From: Thermoplasmatota archaeon
Lineage (GTDB): Archaea > Thermoplasmatota > Penumbrarchaeia > Penumbrarchaeales > Penumbrarchaeaceae
NCBI GenBank assembly: GCA_025457865.1
Contig: JALOTP010000005.1
Span: forward strand, 5,596 to 69,595
Length of the DNA: 64,000 bases
Direction of reading: 5' to 3'
The notes below the pieces were generated by a model. It was not told the origin of the DNA. It did not search any database and saw only the letters and a list, made by a program, of their open reading frames with translations. This document shows, piece by piece, positions 60,201 to 64,000 of the stretch. Within the stretch, counting starts at the first letter, position 1. The number at the start of each line of letters is the position of its first letter. Both the position numbers and the translations under genes were made by a program.

Positions 60201-60519
60201 TGAGCTTACGATCATCATCGCCTTTGCAGCAGCAGCCTTGGTCCTCATTGTCGTTCTGGCAGCCCTCCTCATTTTGATGGTATCCCGCAGGAACAGGCAG
60301 CATCATAGCATGCACCAAATGCCTCTGGGGCCCCCTCAGAACCACCCCCACCTACAGGGCCATCAACAGCATACGCCCCATGCTCTGAACCCGGCCAGTC
60401 CTCCGCACAGGCCCCACCCCGCCCCGCATCCAAGGTCACAACCACATCCCCCTCAACAAATGCATCCAGTTCACCACGGCCACCAGATACCACCACCCCC
60501 AAAGGCTCCGAGCTTCTAA
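57211..60519 (+). CDS. Giant secreted zinc metallopeptidase (MA clan, HExxH plus downstream Glu) with tandem beta-sandwich repeats, a TM anchor and a His/Pro-rich tail
   Basis: The signal/TM is ISTILLAVILLAALPVTLFAM. The active site is AAHEFEHYVH...WVDEGCADY. At least five repeats follow the pattern W(Y/L)xSxPxITLxS....IxYxxxG....Y..P...P.G...I.....D.AGN. The TM is LTIIIAFAAAALVLIVVLAALLILMV. Confidence 0.8.
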   Translation: MVTGRTRAFKATISTILLAVILLAALPVTLFAMTVQVSFPVEGDGPPPSQGNDHDDELMGAGYRPRFPYPGSDIIQTPEPVPDGAIWLPYGKVPNTLSAPSRANWVLYHDAVEVNVYVDIAPGQLTSNEKLLLDAMIDDFKNYSFIRVKDYFDPSNLISYVDWRVWKIDGPSGVGGYYQPGTNEFNVDRDDLSWGGVIAAHEFEHYVHRQYDLYETLWVDEGCADYGAYLVYGIDSAVATHVYSYLEYRPQNTLPVTDSEFYNDYTTSQYGTSFLFQLFMTHQYGGKDYTRALVKATNQGSYGVTKALQTIGSIDTFSTAFAKWKVATRLNDATIGPDGNYSYPVKTYAYGSLNVPITASHSGVPSASTRNIGRNSITTIRFSGPPTTTEDLVLKLTFSAGAPDVAIYKEVSGPRDIISIDFAGGRSADIQMNDWGKDFSAFQIMVSSSESSSFSYELDIVDLVPPVTSIDITPFKPNGENGWYVSSPKITLTSEPFADIKYSLNGGAEKDYAGAFYLADGTHNLSFHSIDKKGNTEVPHFRDLKVDATPPTSSIKVEPDNPPDVWLNSKPLITLSTSFQDAKVEYKFGNVQYSIYTQPIHPPEGESTLIWRAFDNAGNREMEYQRSFKVDTISPIVEHLIYPQSPNGENGYYTVRPQLTLSSPDGMAIYYTVDGSEQRLYEAPFEVKDGLHTIRFVASDKAGNVGDEIRLDLKVDTALPVLTGTFDGFVYDLDNSSKWQSANPVLNLASSESGTKMNYTLNGNAPSPYTEPVFIPDGQYEIVVSAEDAAGNIAQQLIYYLKVDTKRPFVTATVSAEQKNGWYVDEGTSIVLQAEGENEASSTARILFKWGSGEAVTYRNPIKVPDGRNRLTYWAEDLAGNRMDPRTIELKKDSLKPSVAIITEGLEGGSITEGGFILIDLSTSTDEGGIALYGIGPEGTVQPDWTAQPVFNQTFDVPGTFNITLFVSDQAGNVGSKVLKVIVMEKELKGRNDGGNDELTIIIAFAAAALVLIVVLAALLILMVSRRNRQHHSMHQMPLGPPQNHPHLQGHQQHTPHALNPASPPHRPHPAPHPRSQPHPPQQMHPVHHGHQIPPPPKAPSF

Positions 60520-60604
60520 CGCTGCAAACGACAGAGAATAGCCCTCTGTAAGGCCAAAACAACCATTGAAGTAGGGAGCAACTGTCATAATACAGTTCAA
60601 GTAA

Positions 60605-60612
60605 TTTTTTTT
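60605..60612 (+). terminator. Oligo-T tract (T8) about 85 nt downstream of the metallopeptidase stop
   Basis: The sequence is AGTAATTTTTTTTCC. Confidence 0.35.
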
Positions 60613-60730
60613 CCAGCTTATTAAAACCGGATGGTGGCCCCGACAAACCTTTAAATAAGAATAAGGGGATTAAACTTCTGCATTCCTGATAGGGGTATCA
60701 GTAATACGGGGTAATGCACAGGTGGTATCC

Positions 60731-63700
60731 ATGATAAAGGGGACCTTTTCGATATATGCTGCGGTTTTCTTGATGGTGTCGACTGCTCTTGTGGCCCTGG
60801 TCGCCGTTGGGCAGCCAGATAGCCCAATGGGCGATGCTCCTAAGGCATTTGTTCCACAGGTCGAGGCACCGAGCATGAACGGTTATTTCACCGAGAATGC
60901 CGGTCAGTGGAACAATGGACTGAGCTTTATTGCCGGGACGGGGTACGGCAGGGCCGGACTTGCCCAGGACATGGTCTATATGGACTTCTTCACGAAGGTC
61001 CCGGAACCTAAGCCACTTGCGGAGGGCGAGATGATATCCATAGACCCGGACCTCTCCGAACAGGAGTACGAGGGCCATGTGATATCGCTGACCTTCGAGG
61101 GTGCGAACGGGGTCCTGCCAACAGGTGAGGACCGCCTTGGCTGGAACAACAATTACTTTTACGGGAACGATCCAGAGGGCTGGAGGACCGATGTCGGCAA
61201 CTACCAGACAGCGGTCTATTATGGCCTTTACAATGGGGTGGACCTGAGGTATTACTTCTCCGAAGAGGGTATGAAATACGACCTCATCCTGGCCCCCGGG
61301 GTGGACCCGTCCGTCATAAAGGTAAGTGTCGACGGAGCGATGGACCTCCGCGTGGACGAACGTATATTGACCATAGACCTTGATGGTGAGCACAAGGTGA
61401 CGGATAGCGACCTGAAGAGCTGGTACAACGACGGCTCGGCCCAGCCCATAAGGTCAAGCTTCGTCAAGCTGGACCAAAAGACCTACGGCTTCAAGCTCAG
61501 CAACTATGATCAGATGAGGGGTGCTGTTATAGACCCGGTATATTATTCGACCCTTGTTGACGGGTCGACCACTTCCACCACCTGCTACGGGAGGGGTGTC
61601 GGTGTCGGTTCTGATGGATGCGCTGTAATGGCAGGGTATACCTCCGATACCGCTTTCTGTGTGACCACCGGTGCCTACAGAACATCGAACCAGGGAGGGA
61701 CAGATTGCGTGGCCGCAAAGCTGAACTATGCTGGTACAGCCCTCGTATATGCCACCTATCTTGGCGGTTCCTCGACAGAGATCCCCTATGCAGCGGCCGT
61801 TGATGTTAATGGCAATGCATATCTAACAGGGTATACTGGATCGTCCAACTTCCCGGTTACGAGCGGTGCCTATGATACGACCTATACCACCACCTGCACC
61901 TACGTCGCTAAGATCAATGCGGCCGGTAATGGACTTGGATATGCGACCTACATCGGTGATTCGGGTTATGGATATACGATCGATGTGGATTCAAGCGGTC
62001 AGGCATATGTTTCAGGATATACAAGCGATACGAACTATCCGACCACTTCGAACGCATATGATAGGTCCCATAATGGTGGTGCGGACGCACCTGTCGTGAA
62101 GCTCAACGCCGCCGGCTCCTCTCTGCTCTATTCTTCCTTCTTCGGCGGTGGGAACTCCGATTATGGTTATGATATCACCTGCGATAACAGCGGGTATGTT
62201 TACCTGACTGGCTATACCTACAATGACACATCGACCTTCGTGAACCTTCCAACGACGACAGGTGCTTATGATAGGACTCATAATGGGTATTATGATGCCT
62301 ATGCGGCAAAGTTCAATACCGGTAGCAGCGGGACATCCTCCCTTGTCTTCTCTACATTCTTAGGGTGCAGCGATTATGATTATGGTTATGGGATAGATTT
62401 CGACAATAGCGGCAATGTTTACGTCTCTGGATATACCTACTATGTTACAACCGGACCGTTCTTCCCGATTACCTCGGGTGCCTTCCAAACCACGCATAAG
62501 GGTGGCTCCTATGACCTGTTCATAACCAAGTTCAACTCTGGTGCGACTGGACTTGTTTATTCGACCTTCATAGGCGGATCAGGCACTGACTACTGTTACT
62601 GGGGAACCCTCAAGGTCAGCAAGACCAATGGATATGCCTATCTCAGTGGTTATGATTATTCATCGGATTTCCCTACCACATCGGACGCCTTGCAGAGGAC
62701 AATATCAACTACACCAGATGCATATTTCCTGAACCTGAGCGCGAGCGGTTCGACGATGAACTATTGCACGTTCTTGGGCGGTTCAAGCACAGATGTCGCC
62801 TACAACATGGCCATTGATAAGTTCGATAACTGCTATCTGACTGGTTATACCGCCTCGACCAACTTCCCTACGACCTCTGGCGCTTACAAAACGACCTACA
62901 GCTATTATGACCCCTATATCTTCAAGATAGGGGGGACCATGACCGAGAACGTTCCACCCTATGTCGTAAGCGACCTGTCCACTACAACTGCCTATTCGGG
63001 GCAGTCGTTCACATTCTCAGCATCCATCTCGGATAACGTCGGGGTCATGAGGGCCTATGTCGAATACTGGGTCGATACGGGCTCACATACCAATGTGACC
63101 CTCGGCGCGATCAACCCATATTCTGTGATTAGGACCCTGCCATCCTCGCTAGGGACACTCTATTACAAGTTCACGGCCTATGATTATTTCGGCAACTGGA
63201 TGACGAGCTCGACCTATACAAAGCTCCTCCTTGACGGGACACCCCCGACGGTATCTGGAATATATATGAGCCCGACACCTTACACGGGATCTACGACAAC
63301 GGTCTATGCGACGGTGACGGACAACGTCGCTGTCAATCCGGCCGCTGTCAGGGTCTATTTCAGGGATGCGAACCAGGGGTCATACACTTCGGCAATAATG
63401 ACGAATTCGGGTGGGAGCAGCTATGATTACACCATTAGCATAGGTAACACCTGGACCCGCATCTATTACTATATCACAGCTGCGGACTATTCCGGGAACA
63501 CAAGGACCTCCTCCACCTATAATGTGTATGTGTATGATAACATAGCACCGACCATTGTGAGCGATGATTCCGACACGGAAGCTACCACGGGTGATGTGTT
63601 CAACTTCGATATAGTCGTCAACGACAACACATACCTATACTATGCGGATTGCTACTATTCCTACGATGATTGGTGGGCCTCTTACAACTACATGGGCCTC

Positions 63701-64000
63701 TCGATCTCGGGTAGCAGCTATGGCACGGACATCCACTGTACAGGCTCATTGGTCATTGACAGCGACGCAACATCGTTCTCATACTACGTCGATTTCTATG
63801 ACAAGGATTGGAACTGGGTCGAGACCAGCTGGGTCGATATAGATGTCGAGGATAACGACGCGCCCGAGCTGGTTTCCATTGACAACCCGGACGCGACCAC
63901 AGGGGATCCGTTCCACTTCGAACTAAACATATACGATAACATAGATGGAGCACAGGTCGAAAAGGCCTATGTCATGCGCTCCTACAACAACAACTGGGGA
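60731..64000 (+). CDS. Giant secreted SBBP (beta-propeller repeat) protein, N-terminal 1090 codons; the gene continues beyond the window end
   Basis: It is absent from the ORF track because it has no in-window stop. ATG 60731 gives MIKGTFSIYAAVFLMVSTALVALVAVG, a signal/TM segment. More than 10 repeats follow with the pattern Y(A/S)T(Y/F)LGG.....G..I.VD..GN.Y(L/V)(T/S)GYT.S.(N/D)FP.T.GAY. Ig-like repeats follow those (DNVxV...YxFxAxDxxGN). The frame was checked at 61799. Confidence 0.85.
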   Translation, partial: MIKGTFSIYAAVFLMVSTALVALVAVGQPDSPMGDAPKAFVPQVEAPSMNGYFTENAGQWNNGLSFIAGTGYGRAGLAQDMVYMDFFTKVPEPKPLAEGEMISIDPDLSEQEYEGHVISLTFEGANGVLPTGEDRLGWNNNYFYGNDPEGWRTDVGNYQTAVYYGLYNGVDLRYYFSEEGMKYDLILAPGVDPSVIKVSVDGAMDLRVDERILTIDLDGEHKVTDSDLKSWYNDGSAQPIRSSFVKLDQKTYGFKLSNYDQMRGAVIDPVYYSTLVDGSTTSTTCYGRGVGVGSDGCAVMAGYTSDTAFCVTTGAYRTSNQGGTDCVAAKLNYAGTALVYATYLGGSSTEIPYAAAVDVNGNAYLTGYTGSSNFPVTSGAYDTTYTTTCTYVAKINAAGNGLGYATYIGDSGYGYTIDVDSSGQAYVSGYTSDTNYPTTSNAYDRSHNGGADAPVVKLNAAGSSLLYSSFFGGGNSDYGYDITCDNSGYVYLTGYTYNDTSTFVNLPTTTGAYDRTHNGYYDAYAAKFNTGSSGTSSLVFSTFLGCSDYDYGYGIDFDNSGNVYVSGYTYYVTTGPFFPITSGAFQTTHKGGSYDLFITKFNSGATGLVYSTFIGGSGTDYCYWGTLKVSKTNGYAYLSGYDYSSDFPTTSDALQRTISTTPDAYFLNLSASGSTMNYCTFLGGSSTDVAYNMAIDKFDNCYLTGYTASTNFPTTSGAYKTTYSYYDPYIFKIGGTMTENVPPYVVSDLSTTTAYSGQSFTFSASISDNVGVMRAYVEYWVDTGSHTNVTLGAINPYSVIRTLPSSLGTLYYKFTAYDYFGNWMTSSTYTKLLLDGTPPTVSGIYMSPTPYTGSTTTVYATVTDNVAVNPAAVRVYFRDANQGSYTSAIMTNSGGSSYDYTISIGNTWTRIYYYITAADYSGNTRTSSTYNVYVYDNIAPTIVSDDSDTEATTGDVFNFDIVVNDNTYLYYADCYYSYDDWWASYNYMGLSISGSSYGTDIHCTGSLVIDSDATSFSYYVDFYDKDWNWVETSWVDIDVEDNDAPELVSIDNPDATTGDPFHFELNIYDNIDGAQVEKAYVMRSYNNNWG

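Noticed and set aside
60698-61393. 231-aa minus-strand ORF at the start of the SBBP gene
   Set aside because: It is antisense to a plus-strand frame that stays open for 3270 nt and shows a signal peptide and repeated SBBP motifs.

Overview
This window reads as an archaeal chromosomal segment. The gene content looks euryarchaeal or Thermoplasmatota-like, but that lineage call is inference. Archaeal markers include ribosomal proteins L18e, S3Ae and a tiny eL41 gene, RadA, Pelota, archease, Gar1, Cdc48, Trm-G10, an archaeal-type GluRS, and an intron-containing tRNA-Trp.

I support about 50 protein genes and three tRNAs: Arg-TCT, Trp-CCA with a roughly 123-nt intron, and Gly-CCC. Housekeeping genes include gyrB-gyrA, gltX, cysS, nadK, radA, the L18e-L13-S9 operon, a pyrC-like gene and a GGPP synthase. 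There are two histidine kinases, one of them paired with a receiver protein.

A minus-strand glycan-biosynthesis block spans 26823..33599 and contains a visibly AT-rich core. At least six large secreted or membrane-anchored proteins are present, with C25-like, PKD, CARDB-like, phospholipase-C-like, MA-type metallopeptidase and SBBP beta-propeller features. I saw no CRISPR array, rRNA, integrase or transposase.

Most interesting observations:
1. A tightly overlapping five-gene minus-strand cluster at 47860..53224: Cdc48, a PRC barrel, a HisA-like barrel, a DUF2240-like protein and a helical-repeat JAMM/MPN+ protein. A J-domain and RNase-H-fold gene pair lies directly upstream.
2. A tRNA-Trp intron that is a box C/D guide obeying the N+5 rule for its own positions 34 and 39. 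It is followed by a 28-bp duplication of the tRNA 3-prime end, which looks like an att-site footprint.
3. A roughly 140-bp tract of about 9 percent G+C flanked by inverted ORB-like boxes, a candidate replication origin.
4. An eL41 micro-gene below the ORF-track cutoff.
5. Two ORF-free regions with long-range complementarity that may be ncRNAs.

All family assignments come from reading motifs by eye. No searches or folding computations were run.
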